From Actinomycetota bacterium (GTDB taxonomy: Bacteria; Actinomycetota; UBA4738; HRBIN12): a stretch of 64,000 nt of DNA. The stretch is taken from contig DATHCP010000087.1 of the NCBI GenBank assembly GCA_035490535.1, forward strand, positions 32,665 to 96,664, read 5' to 3'. Both the position numbers and the translations under genes were made by a program. This document shows positions 1 through 8,833 of this stretch, in pieces (the stretch's first letter is position 1; the number at the start of each line of letters is the position of its first letter). The notes under the pieces were generated by a model. That model ran no database searches, was not told where the DNA came from, and worked only from the letters and a program-made list of their open reading frames with translations.

Positions 1-339
1 CGCTGGGACGACGAGGCGCTGGACGCACTCGTCGCGATCGACGTCTTCGGGGGCCTCGCCGTGGACGTGCCCGTGTGGCTCGACGAATCCTGGCGCGTCC
101 TGCGTCCCGGCGGCCTGTTGATCGTGCGCCTCCCCGCGTGGAACAACCCGCGGTCCTACCGCTCGCCCACGCGGACGCGCGTCGTCTCCGAGGAGACGTT
201 CGCCGCCTGGGATCCCGACAGCGAGCAGCACGCGCGGTTCGCGACCGAGGTCCCGGAGGGCCGCGCCCGCTGGTGGAAGGTCCGCCAGGTGCTGCGGGAC
301 GACGACGACCTCCGGTTCGTGCTGGAGAAGCGCGGCTGA
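1..339 (+). CDS. SAM-dependent methyltransferase, C-terminal fragment (5' end outside window)
   Basis: Frame 1 is open from base 1. The translation ...DALVAIDVFGGLAVDVPVWLDESWRVLRPGGLLIVRLP... resembles the distal half of a class I methyltransferase. Stop TGA 337-339 shares its A with the next ATG. Confidence 0.55.
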   Translation, partial: RWDDEALDALVAIDVFGGLAVDVPVWLDESWRVLRPGGLLIVRLPAWNNPRSYRSPTRTRVVSEETFAAWDPDSEQHARFATEVPEGRARWWKVRQVLRDDDDLRFVLEKRG

Positions 340-1385
340 TGCGGATCGCGGTCTGTCATCCGCAGCCGCCGTTCATGCGCGGCGGCGCCGAGTCGCACGC
401 CGAAGCGCTCGTGGCCGCGCTCCGCGAGGCAGGGCATACCGCCGAGCTCGTGACGATGCCGTTCAAGTGGTATCCGCCGGACGAGCTGGTCCACCAGATG
501 GGGATGTGGCGCAGCGTCGATCTCACCGAATCGAACGGCGAGCCGATCGACATGGTGATCGCGCTGAAGTTCCCCGCCTACCTGGTCCGCCACCCGAACA
601 AGGTGGTGTGGCTGATCCACCAACACCGCACCGCCTACGAGCTCTGGTCGCATCCGAAGTTCGGCGACATCTCGCGTTATCCGGACGGGCCCGCGGTCCG
701 CGAGCTGATCATCTCGGCAGACCGGCTCGCCCTTCGCGAGGCGCGCCGCTTGTTCACGAACTCCGAGAACGTCAACGGTCGGCTCGAACGCTCGATCGGC
801 CTGCGCGGCGAGGTCCTGTCGCATCGCTCCGGGCTCGCCGACCGGCTCCTGGCCGGCGAACCCCGTCCGCCCGGCGACTACCTCCTGTATCCCAGCCGGT
901 TCGACAAGCTGAAGCGGCAGTCGCTCGCGATCGAGGCGATGGCTGCCGTTGGCTCGGACGTGCGGCTGATCCTGGTCGGCTCCGGTGCCGAGCGCGATCG
1001 GCTGGCCAAGCAGATCGCCGACGCCGGCCTGGGAGGCCGGGTCGAGATGCGCGAGGCGATCCCGGACGAGGAGCTGATCGACCTGTACCTCGGCGCGCTC
1101 GGCGTCTACTTCGGCCCCTACGACGAGGACTACGGTTACATCGCGATCGAGGGCATGGCGGCCGGACGTGCCGTGATCGTCACGGAGGACGCCGGCGGTC
1201 CCCTCGAGTTCGTGCGACCGGAGGAGACCGGTCTGGTGGTGGCGCCTGAGCCCGCGGCGATCGCCGAGGCCTTCGACCGTCTCGCCGGGGACCGGACCGC
1301 CGCGGCGGCGTTCGGCGCGGCCGGCCGGGAGGCGGCCGGACGGCTTCCCGACTGGGCGGGCGTCGTGCGTCGGCTGGTGGACTGA
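339..1385 (+). CDS. glycosyltransferase, GT-B fold / family 4-like
   Basis: Listed ORF 75..1385 is only plausible from ATG 339 (MRIAVCHPQPPFMRGGAESHAEALVAALREAGH...). The C-terminal block YFGPYDEDYGYIAIEGMAAGRAVIVTEDAGGPLEFV is the GT4 sugar-nucleotide binding region. Confidence 0.8.
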   Translation: MRIAVCHPQPPFMRGGAESHAEALVAALREAGHTAELVTMPFKWYPPDELVHQMGMWRSVDLTESNGEPIDMVIALKFPAYLVRHPNKVVWLIHQHRTAYELWSHPKFGDISRYPDGPAVRELIISADRLALREARRLFTNSENVNGRLERSIGLRGEVLSHRSGLADRLLAGEPRPPGDYLLYPSRFDKLKRQSLAIEAMAAVGSDVRLILVGSGAERDRLAKQIADAGLGGRVEMREAIPDEELIDLYLGALGVYFGPYDEDYGYIAIEGMAAGRAVIVTEDAGGPLEFVRPEETGLVVAPEPAAIAEAFDRLAGDRTAAAAFGAAGREAAGRLPDWAGVVRRLVD

Positions 1386-1387
1386 GC

Positions 1388-2647
1388 GTGGCGACCGTCG
1401 CGTTCGTTTCGCCGATGCCGCCGGCGGAGACCGGCATCGCCACGTACGCGGCGGCCGTGCTCGGCGGCCTGGAGGCCACCGGGTTCGCCGCCGAGCACAC
1501 GATCGAGTCGATCTGGCCGGTCGGTCCGGGCGCCGAGGAGCGCGTCGCGGCCGCCGACGTCGCCGTCTATCAACTCGGCAACAACGTCGAGTTCCACGGC
1601 GAGATCTACCGGCTCTCGGTGTGGCATCCGGGCGTCGTCGTGCTCCACGACCTGGCGCTCGACGGCCTCATGTACGGACTGGGGGTCGCGCGGAGCCCGC
1701 TGGCCGAGCCGGCCCGCTCGGAGGCGATCGCCGCCGCGCCGCCCGGCGAAGGGTTCGAGTACCCGTTGGGGGTTCCGTGGTGCGCCCAGGCCGTGCGACG
1801 CGCGCGCGCCGTGATCGTCCACTCGCGGTTCGCCGCCACGTACCTCGAACGGGTCGGCTGCCGCACGCCGATCACGATCGCTCCGCATCCCCTCGTCGAG
1901 GCCGACGAGGAGATCGAGCGCGCGCGGGTCCGCGGTGCGGACCTCCGGGCGCGCGCGCACGAAGGGGGCGGGCTGGTGGTCGGGATCGCAGGGGACCTGA
2001 ACGCCAGCAAGGGGATCGCCGAGCTGCTGGCCGCCGTCGGGCGGATGCGGGCCGACGTCCGCGTGCTGCTGGTCGGCCGGACGAGCCCGCACTGGGACCT
2101 GCGGTCGGTGCTGCGGCACAGCGGCGTCGCCGACCGCGTCACCGTGATCGCGAACACCTCCGACGAGGACTTCCTGTCCTGGCTCTGTGCGTTCGACGTG
2201 CTGGTGAACCTGCGCGAGCCGCATCGCGGCGAGACGAGCGGCTCGCTCGTCCGCGCGCTCCACGTCGGTGTTCCCACCGTGGTCAGCGCCGTCGGCACCT
2301 ATCTCGAGGTCCCTGACGATGTCGTCGCGCGGATCCCCGCGGGCCCGCCAGATCCCGCGGCCCTGGCCGACGTACTCGACCGGCTGGCCGCCGATCCGGC
2401 CGGACGCGCCGCGATGGGGGAACGCGCGCGCGCCTACGCACGCAACGAGCTCGCTCCCGAGCGGACGGCGGGCGCGTACGCGGCGGCGATCGAGGGCGTC
2501 CTGGCGCTGCGCGCCGACCCGGCGCGAGCGGCGTTGGCGCGCTGGGCGTCTGCGCTGCAGGCCGAGGGCGTCCGCCCGCGCGACGTCCGCAGAGGCTTCG
2601 GGCTGCGGTACGCGGAGTCCCTGGCGGAGATCGCCGCCGCCCACTGA
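1388..2647 (+). CDS. glycosyltransferase, family 4-like
   Basis: GTG start lies 2 nt after the previous stop. N-terminus is MATVAFVSPMPPAETGIATYAAAVL. C-terminal block NLREPHRGETSGSLVRALHVGVPTVVSAVG is an E-x7-E type GT4 signature. Confidence 0.75.
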   Translation: MATVAFVSPMPPAETGIATYAAAVLGGLEATGFAAEHTIESIWPVGPGAEERVAAADVAVYQLGNNVEFHGEIYRLSVWHPGVVVLHDLALDGLMYGLGVARSPLAEPARSEAIAAAPPGEGFEYPLGVPWCAQAVRRARAVIVHSRFAATYLERVGCRTPITIAPHPLVEADEEIERARVRGADLRARAHEGGGLVVGIAGDLNASKGIAELLAAVGRMRADVRVLLVGRTSPHWDLRSVLRHSGVADRVTVIANTSDEDFLSWLCAFDVLVNLREPHRGETSGSLVRALHVGVPTVVSAVGTYLEVPDDVVARIPAGPPDPAALADVLDRLAADPAGRAAMGERARAYARNELAPERTAGAYAAAIEGVLALRADPARAALARWASALQAEGVRPRDVRRGFGLRYAESLAEIAAAH

Positions 2648-2656
2648 TCCGTTTCC

Positions 2657-2686
2657 TTGACCCGTTCCCCGAACGGCGGGTATCGT
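2657..2686 (+). promoter_or_regulatory. candidate sigma-70-type promoter of the metal uptake operon
   Basis: TTGACC (2657-2662), 18-nt spacer, TATCGT (2681-2686, fits TANNNT). It sits 16 nt upstream of ATG 2703 in a locally AT-richer patch. Confidence 0.4.
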
Positions 2687-2702
2687 TCCTTCTCGAGCAA
2701 GT

Positions 2703-3626
2703 ATGAGACTCATTCCCATTCTAGGAACGGCCCGCTTCGCGGGCGTCGTGATCGTGCTCGCGCTGATCGGGGCGGGGTGCTCGCGGAACGCCACGGCGAC
2801 CCCGCCCGGAACGGTCTCGGTCGTGGCCAGCTTCTATCCGCTCGCCGAGGCGGCCGAGCGGATCGGTGGAGACGCGGTCAGCGTGACGAACCTCACGGCG
2901 CCCGGCGTGGAACCGCACGACCTTGAGCTCACGCCTGATCAGTTGGTCGCGATCACCACCGCCGACGTCGTTCTGTACCTGGGCGGCGGGTTCCAGCCCG
3001 CCGTCGAGGACGCGCTGGGCGACGCGCGCGGAGCGACGGTGGATGTCGGCGCGGGCTTGCGTACGTTGCCGCCTCCGTCCGGGGAGGGGTCGGATCTGCA
3101 GGCCGATCCGCACGTGTGGCTGGACCCGATCCTCTACGCCCAGATCGTGCGAACCGTGCAGCGAGCTCTGACGGCGGCGGCGCCGAAGGACGCGGCGGAG
3201 TTCGCGGCGAACGCCGCCGCGTTCCTCGTTCCGATCGCCACGCTCGACCACGCCTACCGGACGGGCCTTGCGGCGTGCGAGCGGAACGTGATCGTCACGA
3301 GCCACGCGGCGTTCGGCTACCTCGCCCTCCGATACGGATTGACGCAAGAGGCGATCTCGGGGCTCTCGCCCGACGCCGAACCGACGCCGCAGCACCTCGC
3401 CGACCTCCGGGCGCTCGTGGAGCGTGACGGCGTCACGACGATCTTCACCGAGGAACTGGTCTCCCCGAAGGTCGCGCAGACGCTCGCCGAGGAGACCGGC
3501 GCCCGGACCGCCGTGCTGAACCCGCTCGAGAGTCTGACGCCCGAGGAGCTGTCGGCCGGCGAAGGCTACGTGTCCGTGATGCGGAGCAACCTCATCCAGC
3601 TGCAGGAGGCGCTCGGCTGTGCGTAG
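2703..3626 (+). CDS. metal (Zn/Mn-type) ABC transporter substrate-binding lipoprotein, ZnuA/TroA cluster-9 family
   Basis: Signal peptide with lipobox LIGAG|C. Family motifs: FYPLAEAAERIGGD, PGVEPHDLELTPDQ, DPHVWLDP. Confidence 0.85.
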   Translation: MRLIPILGTARFAGVVIVLALIGAGCSRNATATPPGTVSVVASFYPLAEAAERIGGDAVSVTNLTAPGVEPHDLELTPDQLVAITTADVVLYLGGGFQPAVEDALGDARGATVDVGAGLRTLPPPSGEGSDLQADPHVWLDPILYAQIVRTVQRALTAAAPKDAAEFAANAAAFLVPIATLDHAYRTGLAACERNVIVTSHAAFGYLALRYGLTQEAISGLSPDAEPTPQHLADLRALVERDGVTTIFTEELVSPKVAQTLAEETGARTAVLNPLESLTPEELSAGEGYVSVMRSNLIQLQEALGCA

Positions 3627-4386
3627 CGCGCCCGACGCCGATCCGGTGCTCCTGGAGGCGGCGGGGGTTCGGTTCGGCTACGGCCGCGAACCGGTGCTCT
3701 TGGACGTCGATCTTCGCGTGCGGCGCGGCGAGTTCGTGGCGCTCGTGGGCCCGAACGGCTCTGGGAAATCGACGCTGCTGAGGATCCTGCTCGGCGCACT
3801 GCAACCGGACGCCGGGGTCGTCCGGTTGTTCGGCTCGGCGCCCGATCGGTTCCGGGAGCGGTGGCGCCTGGGCTACGTCCCGCAGCGCCCGTCGCTCGCC
3901 TCCGAGGTTCCCGCGACCGTCGAGGAGATCGTGACGTCGGGCCGCCTGTCGCGGAGCGGTTGGTGGCGTCCACTGCGGCCGCCGGACCGGGACGCCGTCC
4001 GTCACGCGATCCAGTCCGTGGGTCTGGAGCCGCTGGCGGCTCGGCCCGTCGGAGCGCTGTCCGGCGGGCAGCAGCAACGCGCCTTCATCGCTCGGGCGTT
4101 CGCGAGCGAGCCCAACCTGCTCGTGCTGGACGAGCCGGTCGCCGGGGTGGACGCGGAGTCGCAGCGCCGGTTCAGCGATTCGCTGACCCATCTGATCGCC
4201 GAACACGACGCCGGCGTCCTGCTCGTGTCCCACGAGCTGTCCGCGGTCGCGAGCGAGGTGGACCGCGTGATCGTGCTCAAGGGCCGGGTGCTGTTCGACG
4301 GCTCGCCGGCCGACCTCACCCGCGAGGGCGTCTCGCTGGGGATCCACCGAGAGGATCTCCCGCTGTGGTTGGAGGGCCTCCGATGA
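3619..4386 (+). CDS. metal ABC transporter ATP-binding protein
   Basis: Walker A GPNGSGKST, signature LSGGQQQR, Walker B LLVLDEP. GTG 3619 overlaps the SBP stop by 8 nt. Confidence 0.9.
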   Translation: MRSAPDADPVLLEAAGVRFGYGREPVLLDVDLRVRRGEFVALVGPNGSGKSTLLRILLGALQPDAGVVRLFGSAPDRFRERWRLGYVPQRPSLASEVPATVEEIVTSGRLSRSGWWRPLRPPDRDAVRHAIQSVGLEPLAARPVGALSGGQQQRAFIARAFASEPNLLVLDEPVAGVDAESQRRFSDSLTHLIAEHDAGVLLVSHELSAVASEVDRVIVLKGRVLFDGSPADLTREGVSLGIHREDLPLWLEGLR

Positions 4387-5228
4387 TCGCGCTGTGGCTG
4401 CCGTATCCGTTCGACCTGCCGTTCATGCAGCGGGCCTTGGCCGCCGGCCTCGTGGTGGGGGTGTTCGCACCGATGATCGGCACGTTCCTCGTGCAGAAGC
4501 GGCTGTCGCTGATCGGCGACGGCATCGGGCATGTCGCGTTCGCCGGCGTCGGCGCCGGGCTGCTGCTCGGTGTGAACCCCGTGCTGTCCGCGCTGGTGTT
4601 CGCGGTCGTCGGCGCCCTCGGCGTCGACCGGCTGCGTGCGCGCCGGAAGGCCTCCGGCGACGTTGCGCTGGCGCTGTTCTTCTATTCGGGCATCGCGCTC
4701 GGCGTGGTGTTCGCGAGCCTGGGCGGCGGCCTGAACGCGAGCATCCTGACGTACCTGTTCGGCCAGCCGCTGACGGTGACGCGCTCGGAGATCGCCGCGA
4801 TCTTCGCGCTGGGCGCTGCGATCGCGATCGTGATGTGGACGTTGCGGCGCGTGCTGTTCGCGGTCGTCACCGACGAGGACTGGTCACGCGTGGCCGGGCT
4901 GCCGGTCGACGCGATGAACGCCGTGCTGGCGGTGCTGACCGCCGTCGCCGTCGTCGCGGCGATGCGCATCGTGGGGATCTTGCTGATCGCGGCATTGATG
5001 GTGCTCCCGGTCGCCACGGCACAGCTGCTCTCCAGGTCGTTCCGCTCGACGCTGCTCCTCTCGGTCGCCGTCGGGGTCGCATCGGTCGTGGTCGGCCTGA
5101 CGGCCTCGTTCGTCTTCGACATCGCCGCGAGCGGGGCGATGGTTCTCGCGACCGCCGCCGTGTTCGCGGTCGTATCGATCGGCAAGCGCGCCGCACCGCG
5201 GACGCTCCGACAGGAGGAACACGCATGA
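4383..5228 (+). CDS. metal ABC transporter permease (ABC-3 / ZnuB-TroCD type)
   Basis: ATG 4383 is in an ATGA overlap with the ATPase stop. Polytopic; MIALWLPYPFDLPFMQRALAAGLVVGVFAPMIGTFLVQKRLSLIGDGIGH is typical of the family. The upstream part of listed ORF 3861.. is a shadow frame. Confidence 0.85.
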   Translation: MIALWLPYPFDLPFMQRALAAGLVVGVFAPMIGTFLVQKRLSLIGDGIGHVAFAGVGAGLLLGVNPVLSALVFAVVGALGVDRLRARRKASGDVALALFFYSGIALGVVFASLGGGLNASILTYLFGQPLTVTRSEIAAIFALGAAIAIVMWTLRRVLFAVVTDEDWSRVAGLPVDAMNAVLAVLTAVAVVAAMRIVGILLIAALMVLPVATAQLLSRSFRSTLLLSVAVGVASVVVGLTASFVFDIAASGAMVLATAAVFAVVSIGKRAAPRTLRQEEHA

Positions 5229-5695
5229 GCGATGTCGCCCGGTCGATCCACGATCAGGCCGCGGTGCGGTTGCACGGGTCCGGCCAGCGCTACACCGACC
5301 GCCGCCGCCGGCTGATCGAGATCCTGGCGCGCTCCGGGAGCCCGATGTCGATCCCGGAGATCCTCCGGGGGCGCCGCGGGCTGCCGCAGAGCTCCGTCTA
5401 TCGCAACCTCGCCGACCTGGAGGCGGCCGGTGTGGTGCGCCGCATCGCCGCCGACGACGGGTTCGGCCGCTACGAACTGACCGAAGACCTCACGGGCCAC
5501 CACCACCACCTCTTCTGCGCGGTGTGCGGCCGCACCTCGGACGTCCGGCTCGCGCCCGGGCTCGAGGACCAGCTCGACACGGCGCTGGATCTGATCGCCC
5601 GCGAGGCGGGGTTCGCCGACGTCCGCCACCGGCTCGATCTGATCGGGACGTGCGCGGACTGCGCCAGGTCCCTCGCTCCGAAGGACGGCGTCTGA
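5225..5695 (+). CDS. Fur family transcriptional regulator (Zur-like)
   Basis: ATG 5225 is in an ATGA overlap with the permease stop. Winged-helix segment RRRLIEILARSGSPMSIPEIL. Metal-site motifs HHHHLFCAVCG and CADC. Confidence 0.85.
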   Translation: MSDVARSIHDQAAVRLHGSGQRYTDRRRRLIEILARSGSPMSIPEILRGRRGLPQSSVYRNLADLEAAGVVRRIAADDGFGRYELTEDLTGHHHHLFCAVCGRTSDVRLAPGLEDQLDTALDLIAREAGFADVRHRLDLIGTCADCARSLAPKDGV

Positions 5696-6117
5696 GGCGC
5701 GGGGTCGGCGCCGTCCTCCCCGTCCTCCAGGTTCTGGTCCTCGTCCTCGTCGGCTGCTCCGGGGGCGCATCCTTGCCCTCGCCGACCGTGGTCGCCGCGC
5801 GGCCGAGCAGCCCGGTGGAGGTGTCGATCGACCGCCCGGCGAACGGCGCCGTCCTGCACGGCTCGAACGTGCCGATCGTCGTGGAGGTGAGCGGCGGGGA
5901 GATCGTGCCGACGACGACGTCGGCGATCTCGCCGACGCGCGGCCACCTGCACGTCTCCGTGGACGATCGGATCGTCTCGATGAACTTCGGGCGCACCGAT
6001 GTGGTCCGCGGCGTCGCGCCGGGTCTGCACGTGCTGCAGGTCGAGTTCGTGGCGTCGGACCATCTGCCCTTCGAGCCACGCGTGATCTCGCGAACGACGT
6101 TCGAGGTCGAGCGGTGA
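5650..6117 (+). CDS. small secreted lipoprotein, Ig-like beta-sandwich, unknown function
   Basis: Best start is GTG 5650, giving VRGLRQVPRSEGRRLRRGVGAVLPVLQVLVLVLVG|CSGG (basic n-region, hydrophobic core, lipobox). It overlaps the regulator 3' end by 46 nt. Start is uncertain. Confidence 0.5.
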   Translation: MRGLRQVPRSEGRRLRRGVGAVLPVLQVLVLVLVGCSGGASLPSPTVVAARPSSPVEVSIDRPANGAVLHGSNVPIVVEVSGGEIVPTTTSAISPTRGHLHVSVDDRIVSMNFGRTDVVRGVAPGLHVLQVEFVASDHLPFEPRVISRTTFEVER

Positions 6118-6686
6118 TCGACGCCGCGAAGCTCCGCGCCGCCGGCGGCGGCCGCGGACTCCGCGTCGCCGGCGCGATCTGCATCGGTTCCGGCGCGCTC
6201 GTGCTGCGTCGGGTCGTGGTCGGCCGGCCGGATGCCGCGTTGCTGTTCGCGGCAGGGATCGTCGCGCTGGGCGTGGTCTCGGCCTCGCTCGACCTGCCGG
6301 CGATCCCGGAGCGCCGGCGTCTCGCGATCCCGCTGGTCCTGCTGACCGGCCTCGCCGCGATGGGGATCGCCGCCTCGCGGGGGCCGGCGTTCCCGGCGGC
6401 GTGCGGGCCGTGGACGCTTGCCTTCGCCGTGGGTGCCGCGATCGCCGAGGAGGCCTTCTTCCGTCGGGTCGTCTACGGCGGCCTGCTCCGGTTCGGCGCG
6501 CTCGGGGCGGTGGGCGGTTCGGCGTTGCTGTTCGCGGGTGTCCACGTGCCGCTCTACGGGCCCGGTGTGTTCTGGGTCGATCTGGGTGCCGGCCTGCTCT
6601 TCGGCTGGCAACGATGGGCGAGCGCCGGATGGGCGTCGTCCGCCGCGACGCACGCCGTGGCGAACGTCCTCGCGGTGCTCCGGTGA
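6114..6686 (+). CDS. CPBP family intramembrane glutamic endopeptidase (CAAX protease-like)
   Basis: GTGA overlap with the previous stop. Several TM spans. Motifs EEAFFR, FAGVH and ATHAVAN. Confidence 0.7.
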   Translation: MIDAAKLRAAGGGRGLRVAGAICIGSGALVLRRVVVGRPDAALLFAAGIVALGVVSASLDLPAIPERRRLAIPLVLLTGLAAMGIAASRGPAFPAACGPWTLAFAVGAAIAEEAFFRRVVYGGLLRFGALGAVGGSALLFAGVHVPLYGPGVFWVDLGAGLLFGWQRWASAGWASSAATHAVANVLAVLR

Positions 6687-7924
6687 GGATCGTCGCGGCC
6701 GTGCTCGCGGGCCTCGCGCTGCTGCTCTCGGGCGCGTGCACCGGTCGGACCGAACCGATCCGGATCGGCGCGATCTATCCGTTGAGCGGCTCCCAGGGGC
6801 CCGGCGGCCGGGACGAGTACCGAGGGGTGCGGCTGGCGGTCGATCTGACGAACGCCGACGGCGGGATCGGCGGCCGGCCGCTGGCGCTCGACGCGCTGGA
6901 CGTGGCCGGCGCGGACGGCGCACCCGGCGCGGTCGACGCGCTCGCCGACCGGGGGATCGGCATCGTGCTCGGCAGCTACGGGAGCACGATCTCGCAGCCG
7001 GCGGCCGCCGAGGCCGGCCGTCGTGGCCTGGTCTTCTGGGAGACCGGCGCGGTCGGCTCGATGGCGCCACCCGGCGGCGACCGGTTCTTCCGTGTCGCGC
7101 CGAGCGGCAGGCAGCTCGCCGCCGCCGCGGTCTCGTTCGAGGCGCGGCGCCTTGCGCCGATGCTCGGCAGGTCGGCCCACTCGCTTCGGTTCGCGGTCGC
7201 GAACGTCGACGACGTCTACGGTGCGGACGTGGCCGCCGGCGCGGTGCGACGGATCCGGGCGCTGGGCCTGCCGTTCGCCGGCCGGTTCGCGTACGACGTG
7301 CATCACCTCGACGCCCGTGCCCTGATCCGTCGGATCGCGGCGGCACGGCCCGACGTGCTGTTCGTCGCGGCGTACGTGCGCGATGGGATCGCTCTGCGCC
7401 GCGCGATGGTGCGGGAGCGTCTGAACCTCGTCTCGAACATCGGGACCTCCTCCAGCTACTGCATGCCGGCGTTCGGGCTGACGCTCCGGCGGGACGCGGT
7501 GGGGCTGTTCGCGTCCGACAAGCTCGACGGCGCCTACGTGGATCCCGGCGGACTCACGCCTGCTGGGCGCTCGCTGCTGGACCGGGCGCGCAATGCGTAC
7601 GAGGCCGCGTACGGCACCGACATGAGCGCGGCGGCCCTCGCCGGCTTCTCTTCAGCCTGGGCGCTCTTCGCCACGGTGCTCCCCGTCGCGGCCTCGCCCT
7701 CGCCGGACGCGGTCGCCGCCGCCGCCGCGGCCGCCCGCATCCCGACCGGGGCCCTGCCGAACGGCAGCGGGCTCGCGTTCCGTTCCCTCGGCTCGTCCGA
7801 TCCCGGCGCGAACCTCCGCGCGGTCAGCGTGATCTGGGAGTGGGTGCGACCGGGCGTGCGAGCGGTGGTGTGGCCGCCGCGGTTCGCGACCGGGCCGATC
7901 GAGCCGATCCGGATCCTCCCGTGA
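6683..7924 (+). CDS. ABC transporter substrate-binding protein, LivJ/Peripla_BP_6-like
   Basis: GTG 6683 is in a GTGA overlap. Signal peptide with LLLSGA|C. Motifs IRIGAIYPLSGSQGPGG and IVLGSYGSTISQPAA are typical type-I (branched-chain amino acid/amide) binding-protein motifs. Confidence 0.8.
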   Translation: MRIVAAVLAGLALLLSGACTGRTEPIRIGAIYPLSGSQGPGGRDEYRGVRLAVDLTNADGGIGGRPLALDALDVAGADGAPGAVDALADRGIGIVLGSYGSTISQPAAAEAGRRGLVFWETGAVGSMAPPGGDRFFRVAPSGRQLAAAAVSFEARRLAPMLGRSAHSLRFAVANVDDVYGADVAAGAVRRIRALGLPFAGRFAYDVHHLDARALIRRIAAARPDVLFVAAYVRDGIALRRAMVRERLNLVSNIGTSSSYCMPAFGLTLRRDAVGLFASDKLDGAYVDPGGLTPAGRSLLDRARNAYEAAYGTDMSAAALAGFSSAWALFATVLPVAASPSPDAVAAAAAAARIPTGALPNGSGLAFRSLGSSDPGANLRAVSVIWEWVRPGVRAVVWPPRFATGPIEPIRILP

Positions 7925-7929
7925 GGGCG

Positions 7930-8715
7930 ATGAGGTCGCCCCGCCTCGGCGCGGCGCTGGCCGGAGCCGCGGTGGTCGTCGTCTACCTCGCGGGCGCCGC
8001 CGTGAGCACCCGCCTGGATCCCTCGGGCCCCGCGCCGCTCCTGGACGGCCTCGCGCCTCCTCCGATGTACCGGTGGGTCGAGCCGCCGGAGGCGCTCGCC
8101 TCCGTGAACCGGGCGCCCACCCTCGGTGTCGCCACGATCCGGCTCGATCGCGCCGCCGGCTCCGCGGCCGGGGTGTTCCCCACGACCGACCTGCAGGCGC
8201 AGATCGCGCTCCCTACCGGGGCGATCGCGCCGCATGCCGGAGACCGATCCGTGCGACTGGCGATCACGCCGCTCCCGACGTCCGGCGAGGCGCGGGTCCC
8301 CCGCGGCGTCCGGATCGCCGGCAACGTGTACCGGTTCGATGCCACGTACCTCCCGAGCGGCGCGCCGGTCGAACGGCTGGAGGATCGGGGCCGGATCGTC
8401 CTGACCTATCCGCTGCTGTTCGTCGGGGGCGGCTTCTCCGATGTGATGCTCCGCTCCGACGACGGCACGGCCTGGTCGCCGGTCGCCAGCACCGACTCGG
8501 TGGGGCGCCAGCTGGTCCACGCCGACGTGGACCGGCTCGGGTCCTTCGCCGTCGGCCAACGCCAGGCCGGGGTCTCGGGCGAGGGGACGGGCCGCAGCTT
8601 CGCGACCACGCTGGCCGCGGGCGTGGTCGCGCTTGGCGTCGTGTTGGTGACGGTTGAAGTCGCGCTGGTGGTGCGGGAACGACGCCGCCGGTCCGATCCC
8701 GGGGCCGGCGCATGA
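7930..8715 (+). CDS. hypothetical membrane-anchored protein (N- and C-terminal TM spans)
   Basis: ATG 7930 lies 6 nt after the SBP stop. MRSPRLGAALAGAAVVVVYLAGAAV is an N-terminal anchor and AAGVVALGVVLVTVEVALVV a C-terminal span. G/C-rich third positions. No recognisable family. Confidence 0.55.
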   Translation: MRSPRLGAALAGAAVVVVYLAGAAVSTRLDPSGPAPLLDGLAPPPMYRWVEPPEALASVNRAPTLGVATIRLDRAAGSAAGVFPTTDLQAQIALPTGAIAPHAGDRSVRLAITPLPTSGEARVPRGVRIAGNVYRFDATYLPSGAPVERLEDRGRIVLTYPLLFVGGGFSDVMLRSDDGTAWSPVASTDSVGRQLVHADVDRLGSFAVGQRQAGVSGEGTGRSFATTLAAGVVALGVVLVTVEVALVVRERRRRSDPGAGA

Positions 8716-8833
8716 CCGCCCGATCCGAGGCCGGGGATCCGAGGCCCGGCGGTACACTGCGGCGACCGTTCGGGCCGTGCGCCCACGTTCGCCTCGTTCC
8801 TCCGACACGAGGTGGAGAAGAGGACCCACCCGA

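Noticed and set aside
1136-2794. Long alternative-frame and antisense ORFs throughout the track (for example 1136..2794 -, 5490..7346 -, 8264..10861 -, 10934..12646 -, 25698..27629 -, 27769..29847 +, 35121..37130 -, 57227..59572 +).
   Set aside because: Their translations are Arg/Pro/Gly/Ala-rich low-complexity strings with no motifs. They lie opposite or out of frame to genes with clear family signatures. Open shadow frames like these are the expected by-product of very high GC content.
5524-5649. ATG 5524 as the start of the small lipoprotein (listed ORF 5524..6117).
   Set aside because: It would add about 40 Arg/Pro-rich residues encoded out of frame inside the Fur-family regulator gene. 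The signal-peptide-like segment only begins after GTG 5650.
8722-8749. Tandem 14-nt direct repeat GATCCGAGGCCGGG / GATCCGAGGCCCGG just after the stop at 8715.
   Set aside because: Only two units with no spacers, so it is not a CRISPR array or a meaningful VNTR. It is probably chance or a small slippage duplication in an intergenic region.
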